A DNA stretch of 54,854 nucleotides, the filler included, from Sluysia triapertura (lineage: Eukaryota): NCBI GenBank assembly GCA_046118255.1. It is 4 parts of 4 records of this genome, joined end to end, with 100 filler letters (N's around TTAATTAATTAA, not from the genome) between each part and the next. Parts side by side here need not be neighbours in the genome. Positions count along the whole stretch, not along the records: positions 11,902 to 30,255 come from JBJNIA010153049.1; 3 more parts are not named here. One strand, given 5' to 3'. Under the pieces are notes generated by a model. The model had not been told where the DNA came from, did no database searches, and saw only the letters and a list, made by a program, of their open reading frames with translations. The position numbers and the translations under genes are program-made. Each line of letters begins with the position of its first letter. The stretch's first letter is position 1. Positions 14,024-25,580 of the stretch are shown one piece after another.

Positions 14024-14560
14024 ATGAATATCGAGCCAGCACGATCTTTTGTACTCCCACTGGAATCTTTCGACGGAAACCCAGATGCATTATCGAATTT
14101 TGTTAACTAATACCCACTTAATGCAAATGTGTACGGTAGGGATGAAGAAGCTCAGTGTAAGCGCTTTCAGCTTCATTTAAAAGTAAAAGCTGTAGAAGCT
14201 TATTCAAATATTCCCGAAGAGAATAAAAACTCATGGCAAAATTTAATTAGTGATTTTAGATTCTAAATTCGTTAATTTTAAAAACTTTCGAAACAGGATA
14301 CTAGGAAGTAAAGAAACAATTTGTATTCGATTTAAAACAATTAGCGAATAAGGCGTACCCGAGTTTTACGCCTGAACAAAAAATCGAATTAATTACTGAA
14401 AAATTTATAGATGGGTGTAAGGAACTAATAAGAACACAGCTTTTAATGTTAGACCTAACTAATTTAGACGACTTAGTATAAAAAGCCTCAAATATAGAAA
14501 GTAGAACAGGAATTACACACCAGTCAAATGTGATGAATATTGAGCCCATAATTCGTAATG
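14024..14560 (+). mobile_element. Decayed Ty3/gypsy gag
   Basis: MNIEPARSFVLPLESFDGNPDALSNFVN*YPLNANVYGRDEEAQCKRFQLHLKVKAVEAYSNIPEENKNSWQNLISDF...FVFDLKQLANKAYPSFTPEQKIELITEKFIDGCKELIRTQLL, a typical gypsy capsid pattern. Confidence 0.85.
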
Positions 14561-15410
14561 ATTGCGGTTGCCAACCTAATATCTTACAATTTTAATTTAA
14601 TATTACTCATAAAAACCACTATTCAGAATATTCAATAATTCATTTCTTTTAGGATTCTTTAAAATTGTCAATACTTTGGATCATTTTAAGTACACAGTTT
14701 CATAATATTAAAATCATAATTTAGGTCTAAAATTTTCAAACGTACATTCCAAAATTAATCCAAAACATTTAAAGTTCATAATTCTTCAACATTCAACCGT
14801 TAATATCATTGAAAAACAGTAAATTCACATTTCAAAATCACTTTTAATATTTAAATCAAAACGGAATTTCTTTTCAGATCTATAACTGTGTGTTATTATT
14901 CTTTTACTTCTTCTTAAGCTTTTAAAAGATAATCAGACATAATTAAAAGAATTCTATTTAAGAAATTTTTATTAGAAAGAAAAGAATTTGATTTACAAGA
15001 ATAAAGATTTATGCGTTTCAGTATAACTATCTCTTTTATTAATTTGTTACTTATTATCATTATCATTTTTATTTCTTGTACATAAAGATTGTGTAAGAAT
15101 TAAAAGGCAATAAAAGAACTTTATGTATTATTTTTATTTTTCATTATTATTATTATTAACATTATTATTACTGTATTAGTACATTTATTATTATTAATTT
15201 TAATTTTTTTATTATTATAATCAACATTTTATTTAATTATCAATGTCATTACATTATTTTTATCATTTTTTGTTATACCATATGTTGTGGTAACTACTTA
15301 ACTATATTCAAAATAGATTTGCCTGTCACCATTTTAATTACTATTTAATGAATTTTGTAAACTTTATGGTGATAGGCATACATTTACACATTGCTTTTAC
15401 ACATGAAACT

Positions 15411-15480
15411 TTGATTGGACAACCAATCATTGCTATTTTTGTTATATTTTCATTTTTTTCTCATTTGATGCCCAATCATA
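15411..15480. promoter_or_regulatory. Palindromic CCAAT boxes upstream of the orphan ORF
   Basis: TGATTGG-acaa-CCAATCA at ~15412-15429, another CCAATCA at ~15472, and TATAAT at ~15512, shortly before the ATG at 15560. Confidence 0.45.
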
Positions 15481-15559
15481 CCTAATTAAACAAAACAATT
15501 TGCATACAATTTATAATAATAGAATTGCTAACTCACTTGGTCGGTTAACAAATTTTAAA

Positions 15560-16111
15560 ATGATTTTGAAATGCAGTTTATGACAAACTCAGGAGCAGAC
15601 TAAGTTAAAATTAACTAATGTTGATATTGAAGAATTGATAGAAGATAGCGTCGATGATGGATCAGAAGTTGGTATGTTCAGAAGATATGATAATGGGATA
15701 TTAATATACAGTTCTAAGATTGATGAAGTATTTGTAATAAGAATCATTACTAATACTCTATCAGTTACCTATTATTTGTCTTATAATATCATATGTCTTT
15801 ACAATGAATTTAATGTCACTAAACAATTACAATATCCTTTTGGGTATTCTACCTACGATTATATCAAAGGCTGTTTAAAGGAATGCAGCATCCATGAAAT
15901 TAGAGAAGTATTTATAATAAAGAAGATCTGTAATATTCTCCGTGATAATATCATATGTACTCATAGTGAATTTATTATTCTTGAGCTATTAGAATATCCT
16001 TTTGGGTATTGTACTTATGATTACATCGAAAGCTGTTTAAAATACTACAGTACTCACCAAATCAATAGCAATAAAAATGATTACTATTGTTGTGATAATT
16101 TTAAGATTTGA
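15560..16111 (+). pseudogene. Intronless orphan ORF with an internal ~55-60 aa tandem duplication (one early stop after ATG 15560)
   Basis: EVFVIRIITNTL..NIICLYNEF..QLQYPFGYSTYDYIKGCLKECSIHEI is repeated as EVFIIKKICNIL..NIICTHSEF..LLEYPFGYCTYDYIESCLKYYSTHQI. Confidence 0.55.
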
Positions 16112-17076
16112 TTGTTTTATTTTACATGTTAAATTTTTCCATTTGATACAAATAATTAAATTTAAATTTTGTAAAAGCTTTTATAATAATTTTGAATTAA
16201 ATTATAAGTACAAATCAAATCATGTAACAAAGGTGAATTTTAAGTTTTTTAAAATTAATTTTGCTTTCCTGAAACACGTACTAAAGAGCATTAGAGTGGA
16301 ATATATTTCGCGTCCAGATGACGAGCATCCGGTTATACATATTCATGGATAAGCTGTATCAACAAATTCAAATGGTAGACAGTATACTAATAACCCAATA
16401 TGTAAGGATTCCATGTTTTATGTCAAGAGTGATTAAAAATTTTCTGTCGTCGTTAATAAATAGAATAACTTTGTATTATTATGTTGTAAAATTTTCGTTT
16501 AATAATGAATTTTATAAGTGCTATTTAAGTACTATTTTTTGTAATCACAGTTATTTGAAAATCGATAAGACTTTATGATAAAGTAAATGATAAAATTAAT
16601 TGTAATACCAATGTTAATAACAACTCATTAATAATTAAAGATAAAAATCATAATCTTAAAGCCATTAATAATAAAACCACAATATACATGTATAATATAA
16701 AATATTTAAAATTGGTGATTAATACATGTATTAAAAGTAAGTTTTACGTATTTTTTTCTATACTGATATGACATTGATTTATATAACTTGACAAACTCAT
16801 TAAATTATCACTATTATTGAATCTTTGATATAACTTGAAATAATCATTGATAGCTTAGTGATAAAGATTTTTACTTATGATTACTTGAAAACGGTATGAG
16901 CATTTAATTTTAGTTATTTCGTTATAGTAAAATCTTAACAGAATTTTAATGATATGAGATAACTTAAAAATTTAATTCTGTGTGATTGGATTAAATTTGC
17001 TTAATCGAAACTGTAACAAATTGTTCGACTGGTTCGACTGGTTAACTCAGAATTGTAACATGTTTTTATAAGTGTG

Positions 17077-17876
17077 TTAGTTAAAGAAATAATTATTATA
17101 AAAGAATATAGTTTTTATTTTTAATGTATTATCTGTACAAACAGTTTTTTGTTCAATGAAAATTAGTGGTTTCATTAGTTTGGTAACGAAGAATTTGAGA
17201 TATCCTTGTATTTTATATATTTCAAATATTTTATCCTTAACTAGCATATTATTTAATGATCTAGTATGTTCTAAATCATTTAAGTTATTAGCATTTATGA
17301 AGAGGTAAAAAGGAAAATTTAGGAAAGTGCTTAAGCTTATTATGGTTGTTACTAAAAGCAAACAAAAATACTCTTCTGGTATCTGATCAATTAATAATTT
17401 AAGCTTATTCTTAAAGTTTTTTATTGGCAGTTCTTGTAGGTTATTTACTTCAGATTTAATATTTTCACTTACGGAGTTTATTTTAATCTTATTAGAATTA
17501 AAATCAGTAATATGAGATAGATGTAAAACGATTTTTCTAAGTATCAATAAAACTTCAAATTTTACCGTTGAACCTATAACGATCTTCCAATTATGATTTG
17601 TAAATTTCTCCACATTCCATTGTAATCCATAAGAATCCATTTTGTATTTGAAATCTACAATATTTATAAAATTAAATATAACAATAAAATGGATATCATG
17701 ATATACCTGGTTCTCAACATTTTTCTCTAAAAGGTAAATAGTATTGAGTCATTTACATAGAATGAATCGAACATACACAATTCATCAATTGCAGGATTGT
17801 TTTCTTTCGAAGTAATAATATCTGTTTCAACTGTTCCATATGGATTGATTATTGCTAAAATTTTCTCCGTGGTCAT
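17077..17876 (-). pseudogene. Intronless orphan gene, ~265 aa with one frameshift
   Basis: MTTEKILAIINPYGTVETD...SILFT-[fs near 17730]-LLEKNVENQVYHDIHF...KMDSYGLQWNVEKF...FFN*. A long open frame in very AT-rich DNA. Confidence 0.5.
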
Positions 17877-17877
17877 T

Positions 17878-18511
17878 TTAGAATTGGAAATTATATAAAC
17901 ATCGGAATTCGTCTTGCATACTCTGGAATAAAGATCTCGTGGTTTCATAATAATTCAGTATTCGTGACGCAGACATTTCGTCTTCTGTATAACACAGAAT
18001 AATGCCACACATCTTGAAGAAAAGACTCTTCTCACCAGTATACGTCAAGAGACAAATTGATGAACGATCGAGATATTTGTTTAGGTATCGATTGATATCA
18101 TGTAAAATTATATCGAGCTCGAGAGAAAATAAATGATAATTTACTAAGAAAATTGAATGTCTAATAGAAAAATCAGTAGAATTTATTTTGTTATTGAACG
18201 AGGTTTAACGAGTTTCATGTATAATGACAAATACTCATTGATTAAGTAGGTTATGTTCATCATGTATCCGAACAACTTTACATCATATAAATGTTTTACC
18301 ATGATTCTAGAAAAAAGATCCATTCTTTGCTGGGATTGATTATATAATGGTGCATCACGTTTAATTTTCGACGATTGTACATTAATAATAGACAGTAATG
18401 CTGTCGACGAGTAATACCACATAGCATTTTGTTTCTGTTTCCAAACTAAAAATCTCTGATATTGTTGATACATATCGATTTGGTGAAGCTTTATTTTTCA
18501 AAATGTTGCAT
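17878..18511 (-). pseudogene. Intronless orphan gene, ~210 aa with two frameshifts
   Basis: MQHFEK-[fs]-KLHQIDMYQQYQRFLVW...SITK-[fs]-INSTDFSIRHSIFLVNYHLFSLELDIILHDINRYLNKYLDRSSICLL...CLYNFQF*. Its stop lies 1 nt before the next ATG. Confidence 0.45.
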
Positions 18512-18623
18512 CGCTATTTTTTTTTGATTCTGTACTTTTTACTGCTAATAATTATGTTATTTTTCTCCTCTCACAAAATGGTCACCACTAAAGCAAGTTG
18601 GTCTAGTTTGATTTACCATTGGT

Positions 18624-18779
18624 TATCCAATCACGACGTCAAAAATAATTATTTACATACAATAGTCGTGATTGGATGATATGTAGAATTGAAGTACAAA
18701 ATTAATTTTTTGATGATTTACCATCATCAATATTGACATGTTAATAAAATAGTGCGTAGAACGTCAATATTGATGATGG
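18624..18779. repeat. Two adjacent inverted repeats, the first containing CCAAT and GACGTC motifs
   Basis: ATCCAATCACGAC..27 nt..GTCGTGATTGGAT, then CCATCATCAATATTGAC..25 nt..GTCAATATTGATGATGG. Confidence 0.9.
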
Positions 18780-18977
18780 CGACGACAAAGGTGGTTTTAA
18801 TTATATTTATAAAATATTTTAGTAATTGATAATAATAATAATAACAATAATATTATTATTATTATTTTTGAATGGAAATAAATCGCATAAATCTTTCTTT
18901 TGATCTTTTGATCTTTTCTTTTAGATTCTTTAGTTCTAACATGTACATAAAAAAAAGAAACAAAAACAGATGGCATA

Positions 18978-19037
18978 CTGTGAAGGAGCAACGGTAACGA
19001 GGTATACTACGTATGAGTTATCGTTGTTGCTTCACAG
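18978..19037 (+). ncRNA. Candidate pre-miRNA-like hairpin
   Basis: 21-bp stem CTGTGAAGGAGCAACGGTAAC / GTTATCGTTGTTGCTTCACAG with two G:U pairs and one mismatch, 18-nt loop. Confidence 0.35.
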
Positions 19038-21329
19038 CAAGACAATGAATTCTTTTAAGCCTTGATATGTTATTTATGTAAGTGTAATGTTGATTTGAGC
19101 TGCGAGTGGAAAAAAAAGAATGTTGGAATAATTTCTTGAGATTTGTTTAAAGTTTGAAATAGAAAACAAGATTTATGCGTTGAATATAATGGTTTGAAAT
19201 GCTTATGAGAAGGTTGTAGTTTATATAATTTAAAAGACAATTCCAAAATAAATCTTAACGTATTTGTGATGTTAAAAAACTTGATAATGAATATGTGTAA
19301 ATGAAGTGGGTTTGGTTTGGTGTAATTGATTCGAGGTTTTAACGTAAATGTTTTCTTTGTCTGAGGTACTGTTAATGTGGTTGTATGGTATTAGTGTATT
19401 TGTGATTTACATATTATGTATTATGGTTGTGGTTTGTTTGATAGAATAACTTTTGAGTGAGTGTTATAAATTATTCGGAATTAATTATCAAAGTATGGCG
19501 TGAAGTGAATGATTGAGGGTGTTAGACGAATTGTTGGTTTATACGTTTTGTTGAAATATTATAAATGTCGAATGTTGTTTGTAATGATTCAATTAATGTA
19601 ATTCGATAGTGTGAAGTAAGATGGATTTAAATATTATGTTTTTTCGTGAGTAAGTTGTTGTGATTTGATGATGTTGAGTATGATTGTGATTTAGGTGTTA
19701 TTAAGTTTTGAATAATTTTGACTTATAGGTGTTCGCCACTACAATTAGTATTAGTATTATTATTATTTAAAACTAGTGTTATTTTCTTTTAATTATATTA
19801 TTATTTTAATTACATTGTTAGTTAAAGCTTAAATCCATTTAATTTTTAAATGTTAATGACATCGAATGTACAAACTTTCTAAAATGTGCATCTAAGATTA
19901 GATAAAAATTAAAATTTGAATCAACAACTTAAAAGTCATTTTCTACCATTTTCACAGTACAATAAATATAAGTTCAGATTAACATTTCAGAAATTAATAA
20001 CTTCTTTTTAAGATGAATATACTGATTCTTTCAAATACTTTTCTTCTAAACATATCCCAAGCTGTAATTCAAAGTCGATTTACACTATCATTGCTGTAGC
20101 TGATCTTGGATAATCTAAAAAAATCAATTGTGATGCCAAATCATTGGATTTTCAATATTGTGTAATTTGATTTTCCCTTCGATTGTTTATTTCTAATTAT
20201 CGATCCTTTCTTGAGAAACTCGTGTAAGTGCTTACAATCGCCTTGAATGTTTAAAAATTGTAAAGTTTCGTAAAGTTACTATTCAATATAGAATAATGTA
20301 ACTTTTGGAGAAATTTCATTATCATGTTTGATATTTAGGTATTATTTTAAGGTTTTATGTAGTGAGTTGGTTTGTTGTACGTGGGATGTTTTGTTAAGAC
20401 AGTCAATAAAATTTTAGTTGAATGGTTGAAGCAACACCACAGATTGTTTGGTAGAAAGTGACACTTATAACACATGCCCCTGAAGGAAGAGATTTTGCGA
20501 ATTCAAGAGTGAAAATATTGACGAGAGAAATGGAACAGAAAAATTTTCTTAGATGCATAGTTGATTACACATCGTGATAAATTATGTGAAACATGTGAAT
20601 TTAAGCCCAGCACAACAAATCATTTTACTTTCAACAACAACCTTAGAAAAATCAAAATAATAGCATCTTTCAACAGCAATATTCATTCTTACTTTTTTTA
20701 TCTCATTATACATAAATTTCTTTCGATTCACAAATAAAATAAATAATTTTATTCTTGTTGTTATTACTTGGTCACCGTATTACCTTATTATCGTTCTATT
20801 TTTGGCTAATACTGCATTGTTGTATTAGTATTAGTCTCGTTGATTTACGATTTTTCTATACTTTTATTATATTATATTATATAATAATTATTATTTTGCC
20901 ATTTTATTAGTTAGCTTTATACGTTTATTACTTAAAAGTTTACAACTAATGAAATTTGTATTTCTTTTTTTTCAGTCCACATATAAAACTGAACAAAATT
21001 AATAAGGTTGGAAAATTGCATATATTGAAAACAAAATACAACTATTGCCACTCACATCATTAAATTTTAAATAGCCAAAAATATTAATGATTGCAGTACA
21101 AATTTCGGATTTATAAAAAGAAATCGAATAAGTTTCATAGATTTATGAATCACATTGTTGAATAAAATCTCGATCGATAAGACCTTAATTAAAGCACTGG
21201 TAAAATATGTATCCTACCTCGAGGTCTATAGTTGTTACACATTCACACATGTCATACATGGAACCATGAGCTTGTCTTAAATATTTGACGGTCACGAGAA
21301 AAATATTCGTAGTGCCATTTCCAGTAAAA

Positions 21330-21565
21330 ATGTAATCTAAATTCTTTAAATTTTCTAATTTAGCTAAATACTTCAATTTTTCAAGAGTTTTAAGTGGGTT
21401 TCCACAAATTTTCGAAATATTTTAAATTAATACGTTTTACTAAATTTCTAAACCATCTTCAATTTGATTATCAAATAAGTATAATTTTTCTAAACTTCTC
21501 AGATTAGGAAAATCCTCGAGACATTTCAAGTGACAATTAGTTAAACTAGTTAAACTAAGGTAAAT
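21330..21565 (-). pseudogene. ANP32: ANP32-like leucine-rich-repeat pseudogene fragment
   Basis: LTNCHLKCLEDFPNLRSLEKLYLFDNQIEDGLEI...INLKY...GNPLKTLEKLKYLAKLENLKNLDY, matching recalled ANP32 [24 protein letters not shown]...LKKLENLKSLDL. Frameshifted. Confidence 0.8.
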
Positions 21566-21600
21566 TTATTCAAAATCACTGTTGTCACAGACATTTTTTG

Positions 21601-21615
21601 ATGATGATGATGATG

Positions 21616-21656
<41 letters not shown>

Positions 21657-21657
21657 C
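21601..21657. repeat. (GAT)n(TAT)n microsatellite
   Basis: Seen directly in the sequence. Confidence 0.95.
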
Positions 21658-22266
21658 GGTTTACTATTGCAGTTTCAAAGACATTTCATATGCCATTTTC
21701 TGATTGAAAATTAATTCCCTTTTTAACTCTATCAAACTTAGATCTGGTGAAGATTTTATTCTTATTCTAGGTGGTAAGGAAATCCAGTAATTCTCGTGAA
21801 CTTTATATAGCGGTGACATTAACACTGAACAATCTAATATTTTGACTTTGTTTTCTTTGGTACTTGTAACAGTTTATACTTGTTACATTCTATAAGTAGT
21901 TCGCTTGTGCATTCTAAACTATCAGGTAATTTTACTGTCACTTGTTTAAATTTATTTATAAGCACGCATAAATTCTCCCATTGGTTTTACAAATGCTCCA
22001 TTTTTCAATGGTATTATTGGTAATACCATAATTGGGTTTGTAATCCATGTGGCCGATTTATTCTTTATAATTTATTTATTTAATTGACAATCTCTATACA
22101 TGAGTATTTGATAATTTTTTTCCAATCAAATTAAAATAATTGTGTTATCGCATGGTTGTGGTTACTATATCTGCTTTAACATTTATTATTAATCGTCCTT
22201 TTTAATAAAAATTCCGCGATAATTAGTACTAATAACTTCTGAGAATTTAGTTACCTTTTTCTTTAA

Positions 22267-22417
22267 CCCTTTCAGTACGACTTTGGGCCAGTGAGATATT
22301 TCTGTATAATTGAACTAAATGTGCTGTAAATAAGTAAAGGAACGTGTTTACATAGTTTCAGATTTTTAGAAAATATGGTTTTCTCTAGGACTTAAATATC
22401 CCGCAGTATTGAAAGGG
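22267..22417. mobile_element. piggyBac-type MITE
   Basis: TTAA|CCCTTTCAGTAC...GTATTGAAAGGG|TTAA: 12-bp TIR with one mismatch and a TTAA TSD. Confidence 0.85.
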
Positions 22418-22972
22418 TTAAGACAAATAACCATTCCGTATCAGGTGTTTCTATTTCTGGAATTTATTAATCCATTTTTTGCTTCAGGGATCTAAGTTGC
22501 ACCAATCTTTAATATGTGAATCCTTTATTTTGATTAAACATCGCTGTTTTTGAATGAGTTAATGGGCATTCCAATTTATTCACTTTGTACACTAATGCAG
22601 TACTTTCTGTAACATAATTATATCCGTACTTGCATCGTAGTATTACTGTTTCAATGGAAATATGAAATCCAAGTTTTCAATTTTATCGTATAATATTCCG
22701 TAGAAATCATGCCCTTACAATTGCATCTAAATTGTAATTTTCATTAGTGCAGAATCCATGTTTACTTTTAGTATAGTTTCCAACTGCAAAATGGTGATAA
22801 TATTTTACTTCAATGATTACTTCAATATTTTACTTCAATGATTAAGTCATTGGTAATTCTTACTCTTCCGATTTGAAATGCTTCTAAACACGTATCTACG
22901 GTCACTATCAATTATACGAATGGTGTTCTTTTAACGCATATGCTAAGCAGTCCGTACTTAATAATCCACTTT

Positions 22973-22976
<4 letters not shown>

Positions 22977-23006
<30 letters not shown>
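22977..23006. repeat. (TA)n microsatellite
   Basis: Seen directly; marks one edge of the insert in env. Confidence 0.95.
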
Positions 23007-23009
<3 letters not shown>

Positions 23010-24316
23010 TATTTATCTGAACTGTTAATAAAAAACTTTAATAATGATTTTACTAAGATTCGTTAAAATGAGCCTGATTACTCAACTATTCAATGATTTA
23101 CCAAAAGTTAACAACTGAAAAAATAATATATTAAGATAATCAAATTTTATAACAAAAGAAATAATAAATAACGTGATTTACAAAATATCAAAATGCAATA
23201 AGTTAGGAAGTTTATTTTTTGATCAATAATCTTATGTAAATAAAGTTTAGAAAATAATTTGCTCAGTTAACGAATTAAATGTTAAAAATTTATTCGAAAT
23301 TTTAAGTTGATTTTACTAGGCAATATTGTTAAATTATTGCTTTAAAACTTATTAAATAAAACTACGAATTATCGAACTAAATCTTTTTCTGTGATGAATT
23401 TTTCTTCCAAGATGTGTTTTCAACGAGAATTTAGATATTAGCCAAATTGTGTTAAAAATTTGTGTCAATATTGTGTGAAATGTATGAGTGAAACTAACTT
23501 TTATAGTAAAATTTTTTTTGACCTTGATATGATTTAAGCATTTGTTTTTTAAACAAATTTATATTTTAATTTAAACAAAATAAAATTTACGTTAGTTTAA
23601 TTTTATTTTTTTGAAATTATTTTATTTAAATTTAACAATTAATTTATTTAATTTATAATTTTTTATAAATAATATAACTTACATAAATCAATAATATCCA
23701 TAATTGATTTGTATAAAGTACAAAATATTAACAGTTCAAATAAATATAAAGTGTGTTTTCTATATCTAATAAAGAAAAACTGCTTCCAATTTCTGTATAT
23801 CTCCAGTTATGTGCAATTATTGAAGTGGTTGGTCTTATTCCACATAATATTAGTATTATTGTTAATAATTTCTGAAAATTCTGACTTATTAATTTATTTA
23901 ATTTTCCTTGTTTGTGTTATTTCTTGAATGTCATTCTTCATTCCTTTTGCTAATTCTTTCCATCATTCTTGAATTATCCACTTTAATAGGTATTTAATTA
24001 TTTGCTTTATAAGAATTTTGGTTCTTTCGTGAATTTATATAGTTGAATGCGCCATTATTGCTATAATTTTGTTACTAGTTTTTTCCGTTTATATAGCTCC
24101 ATTTTATTATTCTAAACTTATGTTATGATGTAAGAATTCTAATGATCCTGCCCTTATTTGCGGCATGAACTTTCCATTTGCATGAATGTCGTTGAATTTC
24201 CCTTACTTGTAACTTTGATCTAATTTTTTTATTTGGATTTTTGTGTCTCAACATTTTCCACAATTTTTTAATTTATGTTTTCCATTTTCATTAAAATTAT
24301 TCCGTAACATTTTTAA

Positions 24317-24496
24317 CACTTAATACGCGGGCTATTTTACAAAATTTGAAGACGCATGAATTTTTATACATAAAATGAAATAACTCCTAAACAACACATC
24401 ATTTTAAATCAAAAATTCGTATAACTTTCATAGACATTTTTGCTTCTACCGCCAACATACAAAGCCCGTGTTAATGCGGGACCGGCACTTTAAGTG
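24317..24496. mobile_element. piggyBac-type MITE
   Basis: TTAA|CACTTAA...TTAAGTG|TTAA, with imperfect GC-rich subterminal similarity. Confidence 0.65.
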
Positions 24497-24789
24497 TTAA
24501 CAATGTTTCCCTTAATTTCTCCGTTTTACGAATATCAATATCAACAATTGCAAATTATCTTAAGGCATTAAATAAACTTCCTCTACGATGCTACTCCAAA
24601 TTCCTAACTTTATCTTTTTTATAATTTCTCTTGTAACTTCTTGATTTATTTTCTCCCTTTGCTACATTATGTACCAATCGTAAACATCATCATCATCGAT
24701 CCAAGCAAAATTTTGTATTGGTTCGCTTTTGTTATTTTCCATCATATAAATACGATTTCTTCGATCCAACGGAAAGTTTGGAGTATATT

Positions 24790-25580
24790 CCGGAAAGCCC
24801 TTTTATAATACCTTTTTTTGACAATGATTGCATTAAATCCTTACCCTAATACGGAATATTTCTTTACGGATGATTTTCAAAGTTATTACCATAATCATTA
24901 AATGGTCTGATTTTATTAGTGGATCAGTTTGCTTGACCTTTTGGTTAATTGTCTGGGCGTATCCAATTATTTGGTGGTAAGTAGTTGTGTTGAATAAGTT
25001 TTTTGATATGTAGGATTATTTGTGAATTTTCTGTGATTATAAATTTCATTACCTTCAGGAGATTTCGACCAAATTGTTTGTTCTTGTTCTTGGTCTTAAT
25101 ATATTGTTATGGTAATTTACATATATATTTTTTGCAGATCTTGATATATTTCTGTAAATTATTTGTTTCGGTTGCAAAATTTACATTATGTTCTTTTTCA
25201 TTAATTTCCTTCTCCAAATATCAAGCCTTTTCTATCGTGGCATTCAACGCTGTTGCCAGAGTATCTGTCTTCCTTTTAATTCCTTTAATCATCCCTTTGT
25301 AAGATTTTTATCAAACTTTTTCTTCATTATTTATTTTGGGCGGATAAGCTCTTTCAATTCAAGTATTTAATTGATAAGCATATTTTGCAACTGTTTCTCT
25401 TTTTGTAACCTTTTTCTTAACGATCGTTTCTGATGTCACTATCTTTAATTAAAGCTGAATTCATTTTTTTCTGATTCTGAGATAAAATTTAATGCATTTG
25501 ATGCATGTTTCTTAAATATGAAGCAAAGTTTTTCTCTTGGAATCCACCTTAGGGATTCTGTTTCCTCATTATATTGATTG
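24790..25580 (-). mobile_element. Decayed gypsy-like gag with a zinc knuckle remnant
   Basis: ESLRWIPREKLCFIFKKHASNALNFISESEK; RETVAKYAYQLNT*IERAYPP; KGMIKGIKRK...IEKA*YLEKE; an N/Q-rich linker; CNHCQK-[fs]-YYKRAF as a degenerate CCHC. Confidence 0.75.

Larger units (their letters stand above)
21680..23930 (-). mobile_element. Decayed env: chuvirus-glycoprotein-like (class III fusion protein) gene of an LTR retroelement
   Basis: Signal peptide KLLTIILILCGIRPTTS then IIAHNWRYTEIGSSFSLLDIEN; YGLLSI..VTVDTCLEAFQIGRVRITNDLII; VGNYTKSKHGFCTNENY; GAFVKPMGEFMRAINKFKQVTVKLPDSLECTSELLI; ILDCSVLMSPLYKVHENYWISLPP. Block order follows the recalled chuvirus G pattern. Interrupted by a MITE and an AT-rich insert (~22977-23720). 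Confidence 0.65.

Noticed and set aside
14301-14549. Minus-strand 82-aa ORF
   Set aside because: Antisense to the gypsy gag.
17874-17880. TAAAATG junction read as a poxvirus-like late promoter
   Set aside because: Common by chance at this AT content; kept only as evidence of tight packing.
23709-25370. Plus-strand hydrophobic ORFs (23709..23927, 25003..25302, 25188..25370)
   Set aside because: Antisense shadows of the A-rich gag/env frames.
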